55,506 nt of DNA from Acidobacteriota bacterium (GCA_017860005.1 JAFNAE010000002.1:1-55506), one strand, 5' to 3'. Numbered from the stretch's first letter, positions 16,912 through 27,034 are shown. Program-made: numbers and translations. Notes: generated by a model from the sequence alone, not told the origin.

Positions 16912-18411
16912 CTAGGTCGGCTCGGGCTGGGCCGACCAGTGGCGCAGGTAGCCGGTCAGGCGCAGCTTGCGCCGCGTGTTGGCGCTCGACATGTAGCGCA
17001 CCATGCCGTAGACCGGGCGCTCCGGCGCCCAGGGCCGGTCGTACCGGCCGAGGCACCAGCCGATGCCGCTCGCGGAGTTCGGGTCGCGCCCGTCGAGAGC
17101 CCAGCGGTCGTTGAGCGCGAACAGCGCGGCCAGGGCCTCGCGCGGCGTTGGCGTCCACTCGAGCACGCGCTTGCCCCACAGCATGCGCAGGTAGTTGTGG
17201 ATCCGTCCTTCGCCGCGCAGCTGGCGTTGCGCCGCGTTCCAGAGCTCGTCACCGGTGTCGCCCTGCTCGAGCCGGTCGTGGGCGTAGTGCGCGGGACGCG
17301 CGTCGCCCGCGTGCTTCTCGAGCGTCGCGCGCGCCCAGGCCGGCAGCGCCTCGTAGCGGTCGTAGTCGTCCGGCCGCCGCGCGGCGGCGTGGTAGCCGAG
17401 CTCGCGCCAGGTGACCAGCTGGTCGAGGAACGCCTCGGCCGACGCGCTCATTCCCCACCACCCCGCGCGCGCGCCGGCGCCCGAGCCGGGGAGGAGCTCC
17501 GGGCTCCAGCCCTCGCGTGCGCCGACGCGCGCCAGGATCGCGTGGGCGGAGAGGTGTCCGAAATGGAGATAGGGCGAGAGGCCGCTCGACGCTTCGGCGT
17601 CGGGGTGGCTGCGCCCCTCCGCGTAACGCGGCAGGCGCCGCTCGACGAACTCGTCGAGCGCGCGCTCCCCCGCGCGCGCGCCGCCGGGTAGCGCGGGCAC
17701 CGGGGCTACCTCGTGATCGATCGGCAGCGCGGCGAGCGCGGCCGGAGCCGCGGCGAGCAGCGCCTCGTCGGCCCGCGGCCAGCGCCGCTCGATCTCCTCC
17801 GGCAGGCGCGCGAGCCGCGGCAGCCGGGCGGCGGCGAGCGGGTCGGCGAGCGGTGGCCGCGTCAGGCAGGCCGCGAGCCGCGCCTGCAGGAAGCGACGGA
17901 AGACGTGCGCGCTCGGAAAGTCGCGGCCGGCGGCGGCGAGCGGCAGCAGGCCGTTCGAGTCCACCGCCTCCAGCCGGCACTCGACGCGGCGGGCCGCGGC
18001 GGCGAGCAGGCGCGGCAGGTGGAAGACCGGCGAGTCGTCGGCGATCAACGCGCAGGCGTGCCGCGACAGGGCCTCGACCAGCCCCTGGCCCGCGCCCGGC
18101 TCGGCCTCGACGTAGGGGTGGTAGAGGATCGGCGCGCCCGCGGCGCGGCGCGCCTGGTCGGCCATGCCGGCGAGCACGAACGCATGGAACCGGTCGCTCG
18201 CCCAGCGGTGACCGCAGCCGAGCGCCTCGACCACGACCAGGGGCCGGGACAGCCGCTCCGCCAGCGCCAGGGCGCGCTCCAGGCCGTAGTTCCACTGCAG
18301 GCGGCGCGTCGCGGTCATCCAGTAGGCGACGAACTCCCCGTCCGGACGGAGCGGCCGGTCGGCGAGCACGCGCCGGCGCGGATCGGCGGAGTCCGCAGAG
18401 CCGGAGGTCAT
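16912..18411 (-). CDS. phr: Class II CPD photolyase (499 aa)
   Basis: ATG at 18411 with GGAG upstream. C-terminal GRIHNYLRMLWGKRVLEW ... LNDRWALDGRDPNSASGIGWCLG ... RYMS matches the class II photolyase pattern. Confidence 0.85.
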   Translation of the reverse strand: MTSGSADSADPRRRVLADRPLRPDGEFVAYWMTATRRLQWNYGLERALALAERLSRPLVVVEALGCGHRWASDRFHAFVLAGMADQARRAAGAPILYHPYVEAEPGAGQGLVEALSRHACALIADDSPVFHLPRLLAAAARRVECRLEAVDSNGLLPLAAAGRDFPSAHVFRRFLQARLAACLTRPPLADPLAAARLPRLARLPEEIERRWPRADEALLAAAPAALAALPIDHEVAPVPALPGGARAGERALDEFVERRLPRYAEGRSHPDAEASSGLSPYLHFGHLSAHAILARVGAREGWSPELLPGSGAGARAGWWGMSASAEAFLDQLVTWRELGYHAAARRPDDYDRYEALPAWARATLEKHAGDARPAHYAHDRLEQGDTGDELWNAAQRQLRGEGRIHNYLRMLWGKRVLEWTPTPREALAALFALNDRWALDGRDPNSASGIGWCLGRYDRPWAPERPVYGMVRYMSSANTRRKLRLTGYLRHWSAQPEPT

Positions 18412-18439
18412 GGGGTGTCTCCGCCCGGGCCGCGCCGGG

Positions 18440-20407
18440 TCAGAGCTCGACCTGGGCGCCGAGCTCGACCACGCGGTTGGAAGGGATGCGGAAGAAGGCG
18501 TTGGCCGGCCGCGCATTGCGCGCGAGGTAGACGAACAGCCGCTTGCGCCACCCCGCGAGCCGGGCGCGCCCGGTGGGCAGGATCGTCTCCCGCCCGAGGA
18601 AGTAGCTGGCCTTGCTGGCCTCGACGCGCAGCCCGCGCTCGGCGCAGCGGCCGAGGACCTTCGGAACGTTGGGCGTCTCCATGAAGCCGTAGCGCGCGAC
18701 GACCTCCCAGAAGCCCTCGCCCAGCTCGCGCACGTCGAATCGCTCGGCCGCAGCCACCTCGGGGATGCCCTCGGTGACCAGGGTCATCAGGATCACCTTC
18801 TCGTGCAGGACCTTGTTGTGCTTGAAGTGGTGCAGCAGGACGGGCGGGGTGCCGTCGAGCTGCGAGGTCATCACGACCGCCGTGCCGGGTACCCGCGGCA
18901 GCTTGCCCTGCGCGCTGCGCCGCCCGACGTCGGCGATGAACACCTCGATCGGCAGCTTCGAGGCGCTGAACTGCTCCTGGAGCAGGTGCCGGCCGCGCTT
19001 CCAGGTGGTCATCACGGTGAACAGCGCCAGGCCGGTCACGATCGGCACCCAGCCGCCGTGGGCGAACTTGACGACGTTTGCGGAGAGGAACATGACGTCG
19101 AAAGTGAGGAAGAGGAGAGCCAACGGGAGCGCCTGCCAGATCGGCCACCGCCAGAGGTGGCGCGCGACCGAGTAGAGCAGGAGCGTGGAGATGAGCATGG
19201 TCGAGACGACTGCGATGCCATAGGCCGCGGCCAGCGCGCTCGAGCCGCGGAAGCCGACGGTGAGCGCTATACAGGCGACCATCAGCGCCCAGTTCACCTC
19301 GGGCAGGTAGATCTGCCCGCTCGCCTCGCGCGAGGTATGGACGATGGTCAGACGCGGCCAGAAACCGAGCTGGATCGCCTGCTGCATGAGCGAGTAGGCA
19401 CCGGAGATCAGGGCTTGCGAGGCGATCACCGCGGCGACGGTGGCGATCACGACCATCGGGTACAGCGCCCAGCCCGAGTAGAGCTCGAAGAACGGGTTGT
19501 CGCGAACCTCGCTGCCGCGCGCGAGCAGCAGGGAGCCCTGGCCGAAGTAGTTCAGGAGCAGGGCCGGGAAGGGGACGCAGAACCAGGCGAGGCGGATCGG
19601 CCTCTTGCCGAAGTGCCCCAGGTCGGCGTAGAGCGCCTCGGCGCCGGTGATGCAGAGCACGACCGCGCCCAGGATCAGGAAACCGTGCACGCCGTTGGCG
19701 AGAAAGAAGCGGAGGCCGTGGACCGGATTGATCGCCGCCAGCACTTGCGGATGGGCCACCACCTTGGGCAGCCCGGCGGCCGCGATCGCGACGAACCAGA
19801 CCAGCATCGCGGGACCGAATACCGCTCCCACGCCGGCCGTGCCGCGTCGCTGGAAGTAGAAGAGTGCGAGCAGGATGCCGACCGCGAGCGGCACGACCAC
19901 CGGACGGAACAGCGGGGTCGCGACCTCGAGTCCCTCGAGCGCGCCCAGCACCGAGATGGCGGGCGTGATCATCCCCTCCGCGAGAAGCAGAGCGGCGCCG
20001 AACACGCCCAGCAGGATCAGCATCGATCGGCGGCGGGCGCCGGTCTCGCCGCGCCCCTTGGGATTCGACCCCTGGTCGGTGACCAGCGCGAGCAGCGAGA
20101 GGATGCCGCCCTCGCCGTGGTTGTCCGCGCGCAGGACGAAGACGAGGTACTTGACCGCGACCACCATGGTCAGCGCCCAGAAGACCAGCGAGAGGACTCC
20201 CAACACGTTGTCGAGCGTCGGCTCGACACCGTGGCCGGGCGCGAAACACTCCTTGAGCGCGTAGAGGGGCGAGGTGCCGATGTCGCCGTAGACGACGCCC
20301 AAGGCGCCGAGCGACAGACGGGCGAGATCCTTCCAGCCGCGGACGACCGGCGCGTGGGAGGGGCTCGAAACCAAGGTCGCCCCGGAATGACTTTCGCGCT
20401 CCGGCAT
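18440..20407 (-). CDS. kup: KUP/HAK/KT potassium transporter, copy 1 (655 aa)
   Basis: GVVYGDIGTSPLY, ADNHGEGG, ITGAEALYADLGHFG and 12-TM topology, plus a C-terminal cytoplasmic domain. Confidence 0.95.
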   Translation of the reverse strand: MPERESHSGATLVSSPSHAPVVRGWKDLARLSLGALGVVYGDIGTSPLYALKECFAPGHGVEPTLDNVLGVLSLVFWALTMVVAVKYLVFVLRADNHGEGGILSLLALVTDQGSNPKGRGETGARRRSMLILLGVFGAALLLAEGMITPAISVLGALEGLEVATPLFRPVVVPLAVGILLALFYFQRRGTAGVGAVFGPAMLVWFVAIAAAGLPKVVAHPQVLAAINPVHGLRFFLANGVHGFLILGAVVLCITGAEALYADLGHFGKRPIRLAWFCVPFPALLLNYFGQGSLLLARGSEVRDNPFFELYSGWALYPMVVIATVAAVIASQALISGAYSLMQQAIQLGFWPRLTIVHTSREASGQIYLPEVNWALMVACIALTVGFRGSSALAAAYGIAVVSTMLISTLLLYSVARHLWRWPIWQALPLALLFLTFDVMFLSANVVKFAHGGWVPIVTGLALFTVMTTWKRGRHLLQEQFSASKLPIEVFIADVGRRSAQGKLPRVPGTAVVMTSQLDGTPPVLLHHFKHNKVLHEKVILMTLVTEGIPEVAAAERFDVRELGEGFWEVVARYGFMETPNVPKVLGRCAERGLRVEASKASYFLGRETILPTGRARLAGWRKRLFVYLARNARPANAFFRIPSNRVVELGAQVEL

Positions 20408-20461
20408 ATCCGGTGCGAGACACTAGCATCGGCGGCTGGCGCGGCGGGCCGCGGCGCGGCC

Positions 20462-22429
20462 CTAGAGCTCGATCTGGGCGCCGAGCTCGATGACGCGGTT
20501 GGGCGGGATGCGAAAGAAAGCGTTGGCGGGCCTGGCGTTGCGCGCCAGGTAGATGAACAGCAGCTTGCGCCACTTGGCCAGTACGGCACGGCCGGTGGGG
20601 AGAATCGTCTCGCGGCCCAGGAAATAGCTGGCCTGGCCCGGCTCGATGGGCAAGCCGAACTGCCCGCAGCGCTCGAGGAGCCGGGGCACGTCGGGAGTCT
20701 CCATGAAGCCGTAGCGGCCGACGACTTCCCAGAATCCTTCGCCGAGCTCGCGCACGGCGAGCCGTTCGCGCCCGCGGATCTCGGGCACGCCCTCGGTGAC
20801 CAGCGTCAGCAGCACGATGCGCTCGTGGAGCACCTGGCTGTGCTTGAAGTAGTGCATCAGCACCGGCGGCGCGATGCCGGTCTGCGAGGTCATGACCACG
20901 GTCGTCCCGGGCACGCGCGGCAAGCGGCCCTGCTCGGTGCGCCGGCCGACGTCGGCGAGGAAGAGCTCGATCGGCAGGCGCGATCCCATGACCTGCTCCT
21001 GGAGCAGTCGGCGGCCGCGCTTCCAGGTGGTCATCAGGGCGAACAGGCCCAGGCCGGCGCCGATCGGCAACCAGCCTCCGTGGGAGATCTTCACCACGTT
21101 GGCGGCGAGGAAGGCCCCGTCCACCAGCAGCAGGACGCCGGCTCCGAGCGCGGCGAGCCACGCCGGCCAGTGCCAGAGGTCGCGCGCCACCGAATGGAGC
21201 AGCAGCGTGGTGATCAACATGGTCGAGACCACCGCGATGCCGTAGGCCGCGGCCAGGCCGGTCGAGCTCCGGAAGCCCACGGCGAGCGTCACGCAGGCCA
21301 CCAGCAGCGCCCAGTTGACCTCGGGGACGTAGATCTGACCGCTGGCCTCGCGCGAGGTATGGACGATCGTCAGCCGCGGCCAGAAGCCGAGCTGGATCGC
21401 CTGCTGCATGAGCGAGAAGGCTCCGGAGATCAGCGCCTGCGAGGCGATCACCGCGGCCCCGGTGGCGATGACCACCATCGGGTAGAGCGCCCAGTGCGGG
21501 GCCAGCTCGTAGAACGGATTGCCGCGCACCTCGGAGCCGCGCGCCAGCAGCAACGCGCCCTGGCCGAAGTAGTTGAGCAGGAGCGCGGGGAATGCGATCC
21601 AGAACCAGGCCGCGCGGATCGGCCGCCGGCCGAAGTGACCCATGTCGGCGTAGAGCGCTTCGGCGCCGGTGATGCACAGCACCACGGAGCCGAGGATCAG
21701 AAAGCCGTACCAGCCGTGGCCGAGCAGAAAGCGGAGTCCGTGCAGCGGATTGACGGCGGTCAGCACGCGCGGCTCGGCGAGCACCTGCGGCAGCCCGGTC
21801 GCCGCGATGGTGCCGAACCAGACCAGCATCGCCGGTCCGAAAACCCTGCCGATACCCGCGGTGCCCCTGCGCTGGACCGCGAAGAGCACGATCAGAATCG
21901 CCACCGCGAGCGGCACCACGTAGGGCCGGAAGAACGGCGTCGCGACGTCCAGTCCCTCGAGCGCGCCGAGCACGGTGATCACCGGCGTGATCATGCCGTC
22001 GGCCAGGAGCAGCGCGGCGCCGAACACGCCCAGCAGGATGAGCATCGCGCGCCGCCGGGCTCCGGCCTCCCCCTTGGCCTTGGGGTTGCTGCCCTGGTCG
22101 GTGACGAGCGCGAGCAAGGCGAGGATGCCGCCCTCGCCGTGGTTGTCCGCGCGCATGACGAACGCGAGGTACTTGACCACCACGACCAGGCTCAACGACC
22201 AGAAGACCAGGGACAGGACGCCGAGCACGTTGGCGAGCGCGGGCTCGACGCCGTGCGTCGGAGAGAAGCACTCCTTCATCGTGTAGAGGGGCGACGTGCC
22301 GATGTCGCCGTAGACCACGCCCAGGGCACCGAGCGAGAGGCGGGCGAGATCCTTCCAGTCGCGGACGACCGGCGCGTGGGAGTGGGTCGAAGTCGAGAGT
22401 GCGCCGGCCTGGCTGTCGCGGTCCGACAT
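20462..22429 (-). CDS. kup: KUP/HAK/KT potassium transporter, copy 2 (655 aa)
   Basis: Same motifs and exactly the same length as copy 1. I counted 77 identities in the first 100 residues. Confidence 0.95.
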   Translation of the reverse strand: MSDRDSQAGALSTSTHSHAPVVRDWKDLARLSLGALGVVYGDIGTSPLYTMKECFSPTHGVEPALANVLGVLSLVFWSLSLVVVVKYLAFVMRADNHGEGGILALLALVTDQGSNPKAKGEAGARRRAMLILLGVFGAALLLADGMITPVITVLGALEGLDVATPFFRPYVVPLAVAILIVLFAVQRRGTAGIGRVFGPAMLVWFGTIAATGLPQVLAEPRVLTAVNPLHGLRFLLGHGWYGFLILGSVVLCITGAEALYADMGHFGRRPIRAAWFWIAFPALLLNYFGQGALLLARGSEVRGNPFYELAPHWALYPMVVIATGAAVIASQALISGAFSLMQQAIQLGFWPRLTIVHTSREASGQIYVPEVNWALLVACVTLAVGFRSSTGLAAAYGIAVVSTMLITTLLLHSVARDLWHWPAWLAALGAGVLLLVDGAFLAANVVKISHGGWLPIGAGLGLFALMTTWKRGRRLLQEQVMGSRLPIELFLADVGRRTEQGRLPRVPGTTVVMTSQTGIAPPVLMHYFKHSQVLHERIVLLTLVTEGVPEIRGRERLAVRELGEGFWEVVGRYGFMETPDVPRLLERCGQFGLPIEPGQASYFLGRETILPTGRAVLAKWRKLLFIYLARNARPANAFFRIPPNRVIELGAQIEL

Positions 22430-22445
22430 GACGCGGAGGAGGACA

Positions 22446-23141
22446 CTAGCACTCCGGCGCCGCGCCGGCCGGGGCCGCGCGGGCGCGGAGCTCCCGGCCC
22501 CAGTCGACGAGGCCGAGCAGGCAGAGCAGCAGGAAGACCGCGTAGAGGCCGGCGGTGACGTGGAGCCCCTTCCAGAGATAGAGCGGCACGTAGACCAGGT
22601 CCACCGCGATCCAGACCCACCAGTTCTCGAGTACGCGGCGCGACATCAGCCACTGCGCGCCCAGGCTCATCGCGGTGGTCACGCCGTCCAGGACCGGCAC
22701 CTGGCTGTCGGTGGCGCGGTCGAGGAGCAGGCAGAGGCCGAGCGCGACGGCCGCCGTCACCGCCGCGGTCGCGCCGAGCTCCAGCGCGCCGCCGCGCGTC
22801 ACCGGGCGCACCGGGGCGGCACCCCGGCCGGAGCGCCAGCGCACGATGCCGTACACGGAGATCGCGGCGTAGACGAGCTGCAGCCCCGCGTCCGCGTAGA
22901 GACCCGCGTCACGGAAGATGACGAGATAGAGCAGGTTGTTGGCGATCCCGACCGGCCAGGTCCAGGGATCCGAGACCGCCGCGAGCCAGACGCAGACCGC
23001 ACCCGTGGTGGCGCCGAGCGCCTCCGGCCAGGGCGCGACCCGCGACAGCAGCGCGGTGCCGGCGAGCAGGATCACGAGCGACGCCCAGCGTCGCCTCCGC
23101 GTCCGCTGCATCGCCTCCGACATGGGCGCGGAGTCTGTCAC
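22446..23141 (-). CDS. pnuC: Nicotinamide riboside transporter PnuC (231 aa; alternative ATG at 23123)
   Basis: The multi-TM sequence WTWPVGIANNLLYLVIFRDAGLYADAGLQLVYAAISVYGIVRW is typical of PnuC. Confidence 0.8.
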   Translation of the reverse strand: MTDSAPMSEAMQRTRRRRWASLVILLAGTALLSRVAPWPEALGATTGAVCVWLAAVSDPWTWPVGIANNLLYLVIFRDAGLYADAGLQLVYAAISVYGIVRWRSGRGAAPVRPVTRGGALELGATAAVTAAVALGLCLLLDRATDSQVPVLDGVTTAMSLGAQWLMSRRVLENWWVWIAVDLVYVPLYLWKGLHVTAGLYAVFLLLCLLGLVDWGRELRARAAPAGAAPEC

Positions 23142-23187
23142 GGCGACCGGTCGCGTCCGCCGCGGCGACCGGCGGCGCGGCCCGCGC

Positions 23188-23778
23188 TCACTCGCCGAGC
23201 GTGCCGGGGATTCCCAGCCGGGCGAGCAGGTTCTGCACGATGCGCGCGGTCAGGCCCCAGATCAGGTGGCGGCCGACGTGGTAGATGCGGATCGTCCGCC
23301 GCCTGCCGTTGATCACCACCTCGCGGTCTTCGGCGAGCTGCGGGTTGGCGAGCGCCGACATCGGCACCGCGAACACCTCGTCGATCTCGTCCGGGCTGGG
23401 CGTCGCCTCGAACCCGCGCGGGATCGCTCCGACGCAGGGCACGATCCGGAACCCGGCCGGCGAGCCGACCTCGTCGAGCTGCCCGAGGCGCAGCACCGTC
23501 GCCGGCGCCAGGCCGATCTCCTCCTCGCTCTCGCGCAGCGCCGCCGCCCAGAGCTCCTCGCCGATCTCGCGCCCGCCGCCGGGAAAGGCGACCTGGCCGC
23601 GGTGGTGTGGCAGCGCGTCCGACCGCCGGGTGAGCAGCGTCCAGAGCTCGCCGGCATCGGCGAACAGCGGCACCAGCACCGCGGCCTGGCGCGAGTCCGA
23701 GACGGGCAGGCGCTGTGGCGGCGGCGTGGCCAGCCGTTCGCGAACCTCGTGGATCCAGCTCTGCCAAGCCTCGCTCAC
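23188..23778 (-). CDS. NUDIX hydrolase, CoA pyrophosphatase type (196 aa)
   Basis: GTG at 23778, with a GTGA overlap onto the upstream stop. LLTRRSDALPHHRGQVAFPGG is followed by the Nudix box GREIGEELWAAALRESEEEIG. Confidence 0.85.
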   Translation of the reverse strand: MSEAWQSWIHEVRERLATPPPQRLPVSDSRQAAVLVPLFADAGELWTLLTRRSDALPHHRGQVAFPGGGREIGEELWAAALRESEEEIGLAPATVLRLGQLDEVGSPAGFRIVPCVGAIPRGFEATPSPDEIDEVFAVPMSALANPQLAEDREVVINGRRRTIRIYHVGRHLIWGLTARIVQNLLARLGIPGTLGE

Positions 23779-25442
23779 GGCGATTCCCCGGCGAGCGCCG
23801 GCCGCGCCAGCGAGAAGTCGAGCGCGAGCGGCGCCGCCGGCCGCCGCGGCAGCTCGATCGCGAAGGAGTAGATCGAGGCCCCGCGTGGCGTGCGCCAGGT
23901 CGGGTGCCGGCGCGCGGGGGGACCGAGCAGGACGTCGAGCCCGACCTCCCCGTCCGGCCGGAGCACCAGGTCGCCGGCGGTGGCGCCCGCGAGCGCGAGG
24001 TCCGCGGGCGCCGCGGCGCCGAGCTCGAGCCGGATCGAGTCGAGCGGCGTCGCGCTCTCGAGCAGCAGCGCCGCCCGCGCACCGGTCAGGCGCAGGCGGC
24101 CGTCGCCGCCCACGAAGACGTCGGGGTCGAAGCCCGTGAGCACGATGCCGGCGCGATCGAGGGTGGCCGCCCCCGGCCATTCGCGCAGCGTGGTGTCGAG
24201 CGGCAGGAGCGCGCGCACGCGCGCCGCCGTGCGCGCCCAGGCGCGTCCCTCCAGGCCGAGCGCCGTGCACCAGCCCGGCGCCACCAGCACGATCGACAGC
24301 AGCCCGAGCGCGAGCGCGACGCCGCGGCCCGGGGCGTGCGCCGCAGCGAAGGCGAGCAGGGCCAGCGCCGGCAGGAACCAGGGCGCGCCCGGAGCGCCCG
24401 AGTCGCCGCCGAGGTCGAAGGGCGCGCTCGCCACCTGCGCGAGCGCAGCCACGGCGAGCGCCCACGGGATCCAGCGGCGACCCTGGTCGCGCGCCACGGC
24501 GAGGACGCAGACGAGCGCGGCCGCGTACCAGCCGAGCAGCCCGGCGTGGCGGCCGACGGCCAGCCCGACCGCGGCCCAGCCCAGAAGCTGCGGCTGGAGG
24601 GCGAGCTCGAGCGGCGGCCAGGGCCAGCCGCCGGCGAGAGTGGCGCCGCCGAAGGCGAGCGCGGCGCCGCCCGCGAAGAGCGCGACCCGGCCGACGCGGC
24701 GGCCCGCCGGCGCCGCCGCGAGCAGCGGCGCGGCGAGCGCGAGATAGGGCGCGCCGCCCGTGGCGACGACGCCGAAGGCAGCGCCGGCCAGGGGCCAGCG
24801 CCAGAGGCCCGTCCGCTCGCTGAGCTCGCCCGCGTAGATCGACTCGGGCTCGGCGTCGGGACCTGCACGCCGGCCCCAGACGAGCGCGGTGGCCAGGGCC
24901 ATGCAGAAGAAGAGCAGCGTCTCGGGCACGAGGTAGAGCGGCGCGAACCCCGCGGCGGTGACCAGGATCGCCAGGCCCACCACCCACGGCGCGCCGGAGG
25001 AGCCGAGCCTCGGCTTCGCAGCCCAGGCGAGCAGGAGCGCGCCGCCGAAGAGCCACGCCCACTGCAGCGCGAAGACCGCCGCGCGCCCGCCCGATCGTCG
25101 CGCGACCGCCGCGGCCCGGGCCCAGAGCGCGGGCGCGCGCAGCGCGGGCCCGGGCGGGCGCTCTCCGGCGCCGGCCTGTCCCGTGCGCTGCGCGGGGCGC
25201 GCCTCCCCGCTCTGCAGGCGGAAGCCGCGCAGCGACGAGGTGCCGAACTCCCGGCGGAAGCGCTCCGCGTCGCGCTCGGCGAAGGCGAGGTCGCCGTCGA
25301 GCGCCAGGCTCTCGACCGCGAGCTGGAGCTCGATCTGCCCGCTCGACTGCGGCCGGCGCCCGGGCGCCAGCCCGACCGCCGCGAGCAGCACCGCAACGCC
25401 GGCCAGCGCGAAGCCGAGACGCGCAGGCCGCCCCGGCTTCAC
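23775..25442 (-). CDS. Polytopic membrane protein with a C-terminal soluble domain, possibly a GT-C-type glycosyltransferase (555 aa)
   Basis: GTG at 25442, with a GTGA overlap onto the GT1 stop. It has many hydrophobic helices (WAWLFGGALLLAWA, FAPLYLVPETLLFFCMALA, etc.) and a ~150-aa non-membrane tail. I recognise no diagnostic motif. Confidence 0.55.
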   Translation of the reverse strand: MKPGRPARLGFALAGVAVLLAAVGLAPGRRPQSSGQIELQLAVESLALDGDLAFAERDAERFRREFGTSSLRGFRLQSGEARPAQRTGQAGAGERPPGPALRAPALWARAAAVARRSGGRAAVFALQWAWLFGGALLLAWAAKPRLGSSGAPWVVGLAILVTAAGFAPLYLVPETLLFFCMALATALVWGRRAGPDAEPESIYAGELSERTGLWRWPLAGAAFGVVATGGAPYLALAAPLLAAAPAGRRVGRVALFAGGAALAFGGATLAGGWPWPPLELALQPQLLGWAAVGLAVGRHAGLLGWYAAALVCVLAVARDQGRRWIPWALAVAALAQVASAPFDLGGDSGAPGAPWFLPALALLAFAAAHAPGRGVALALGLLSIVLVAPGWCTALGLEGRAWARTAARVRALLPLDTTLREWPGAATLDRAGIVLTGFDPDVFVGGDGRLRLTGARAALLLESATPLDSIRLELGAAAPADLALAGATAGDLVLRPDGEVGLDVLLGPPARRHPTWRTPRGASIYSFAIELPRRPAAPLALDFSLARPALAGESP

Positions 25443-27022
25443 AGCCCGACCTCGAGATCCCAACGCCCGAACGGCCGGTTGCCGGTGGTCAGGGCGACGG
25501 TCGGCTTGATCAGCAACCGCCCGCGGCCGAGCGGACGGCGCAGCTCGAGCTCGAAACGGCACTCCTCGCCGGGCGCGAGCTCGCGCTCGAGCGCCAGCCA
25601 CGGGCGCCCCGCGTGATGGTCCCGCGTGCCCTCGCGCAGCTGCACCTCGAAGATGACTCCGCCCGGCACCTCGTGGCTGGGAAGCCAGCGCTCGCGGCCG
25701 CGGTTGCGCACCACGACGGACAGCCGCGCACGCGTGCCTGCACGCCAGGCCTCGAGGCCCTCGATCCGGATCTCTCCCGCGCCCCGGTCGTGAAGCGCCG
25801 AGCTCGCGGACGGAACGCGGGGCGGCGCGTCGCCCGGGGGCTCCCGCGCGGCGAGGTCGCCCACTGCCTCCACCAGGGCAGCTGCGGCGCGCTCCGGGGC
25901 GTGCCGCCCGGCGACGTGGCGCCGGGCGCTCTCGCCCATGCGCGCGAGCGTGGCGCGGTCCCCGAGCAACAGCTCCGCGAGGCGGCGCGCGAAGGTCTCT
26001 TCCTCGCCGTCGCCGAGCGGCACGTGCACCGCGACCTCGTCCGGCAGGTCGCCGAACTCGGCGTAGTCGGAGACCACCACCGGACGGCCCACCGCCAGGA
26101 TGCGCAGCAGCGAGGCCGAGGTCTCGCCGGCGGTGGGGTAACGCAGGTTGAGGCAGAGATCGGTGGCCGCGATCGCGGCCTCCATCTCGGCGAAGGGCAG
26201 GAACCCGGTGACGAACACCCGCCCGGCGACGCCCAGCTCGGCCGCGAGCTTCTCGTAGTTCGCATACGGCGACGGCTCGCCCGCGATCAGCAGGCGGACC
26301 TCGGCGAGCTCGGGCCGGGCGAGCGCGCGCACCGCCACCTCGGTGCGCTTGATCGGGGTCTGGAAGCCGAAGGAGCCGATCAGCGGCGAGCGCTCGGGGA
26401 TGCGCCATGCGCGGCGGAACTCGAGCCCTTCCGCGACCGACGCCGCGGGCGGCAGCGGAATGCCCATCGGCACGACCCGGATCGCGAGGTCCGGGTCGTC
26501 CTCGGCGAGGACGGCGGCGGCCCAGCGCCCGTGCACCGCCACGCCGCGCTGGCGGCGCAGCAGCGAGCGGTTCGCGGGCAGCGCGAACTGCGCGGCGCTG
26601 CCGAAGGCGCCCCAGCGCACGGGCAGCGCGGCCTGGCCGCCGATCCAGCCGTGGTCGCGCTCCAGCTCCTCCCGGTACGGCTCGAAGCGGCCGCGACCGA
26701 CCGTACGGTCGAGCAGGAAGTGATGGAGCACGAGATCGTGGAGTACCACGACTCCGGGCCGCTCGCGCGCGAGCTCCCAGACGCCCTCGTGGTAGCGGTT
26801 GTTGCCCATGTGGTAGAGCGGGATGCGGCCGCCCTCCCCGGCGCGCTCGGCCGCGACCGGCCGCCAGCGCGCCTCGAGCTCGGGATCGACGGGCTGGCCC
26901 GGCAGCCTGAGGACGCGCACGTCGGCGCGCTCCGCGAGGTGCGGCAGCAGGTCGACGCTGTAGTCGGAGATGCCCGAGCGGACCGGGGGCAGCGGCGAGA
27001 GGTAGTCGAGGCGGAGCGTCAC
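25439..27022 (-). CDS. GT-B glycosyltransferase (GT1/GT4-like) with an extra C-terminal beta-rich domain (527 aa)
   Basis: GTG start. SGISDYS at the N-terminus and GETSASLLRILAVGRPVVVSDYAEFGDLPDE in the C-terminal Rossmann half, followed by a ~140-aa additional domain. Confidence 0.8.
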   Translation of the reverse strand: MTLRLDYLSPLPPVRSGISDYSVDLLPHLAERADVRVLRLPGQPVDPELEARWRPVAAERAGEGGRIPLYHMGNNRYHEGVWELARERPGVVVLHDLVLHHFLLDRTVGRGRFEPYREELERDHGWIGGQAALPVRWGAFGSAAQFALPANRSLLRRQRGVAVHGRWAAAVLAEDDPDLAIRVVPMGIPLPPAASVAEGLEFRRAWRIPERSPLIGSFGFQTPIKRTEVAVRALARPELAEVRLLIAGEPSPYANYEKLAAELGVAGRVFVTGFLPFAEMEAAIAATDLCLNLRYPTAGETSASLLRILAVGRPVVVSDYAEFGDLPDEVAVHVPLGDGEEETFARRLAELLLGDRATLARMGESARRHVAGRHAPERAAAALVEAVGDLAAREPPGDAPPRVPSASSALHDRGAGEIRIEGLEAWRAGTRARLSVVVRNRGRERWLPSHEVPGGVIFEVQLREGTRDHHAGRPWLALERELAPGEECRFELELRRPLGRGRLLIKPTVALTTGNRPFGRWDLEVGL

Positions 27023-27034
27023 GCGCGATCGATT

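Larger units (their letters stand above)
18440..22450 (-). repeat. Diverged tandem duplication, period 2022 bp (kup plus ~20 nt of 5' flank)
   Basis: Starts (20407/22429), stops (18440/20462) and an upstream TGCTAGTGTC motif (plus-strand GACACTAGCA at 20419-20428 and 22441-22450) are all offset by exactly 2022 bp. Confidence 0.8.

Noticed and set aside
18440-22450. The tandem kup genes as an assembly or collapse artefact.
   Set aside because: The copies differ at roughly a quarter of the amino-acid positions I compared, and also at many nucleotide positions. They are therefore true paralogues and not a duplicated read pile.
18408-22558. Two very long ORFs across the kup region: 18410..22558 on the plus strand (1382 aa) and 18408..22271 on the minus strand (1287 aa).
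   Set aside because: Their translations are R/G/A/P/D/E-rich with no recognisable motifs. They run antisense to, or out of frame with, two kup genes that carry clear family motifs. They are typical GC-rich shadow ORFs.
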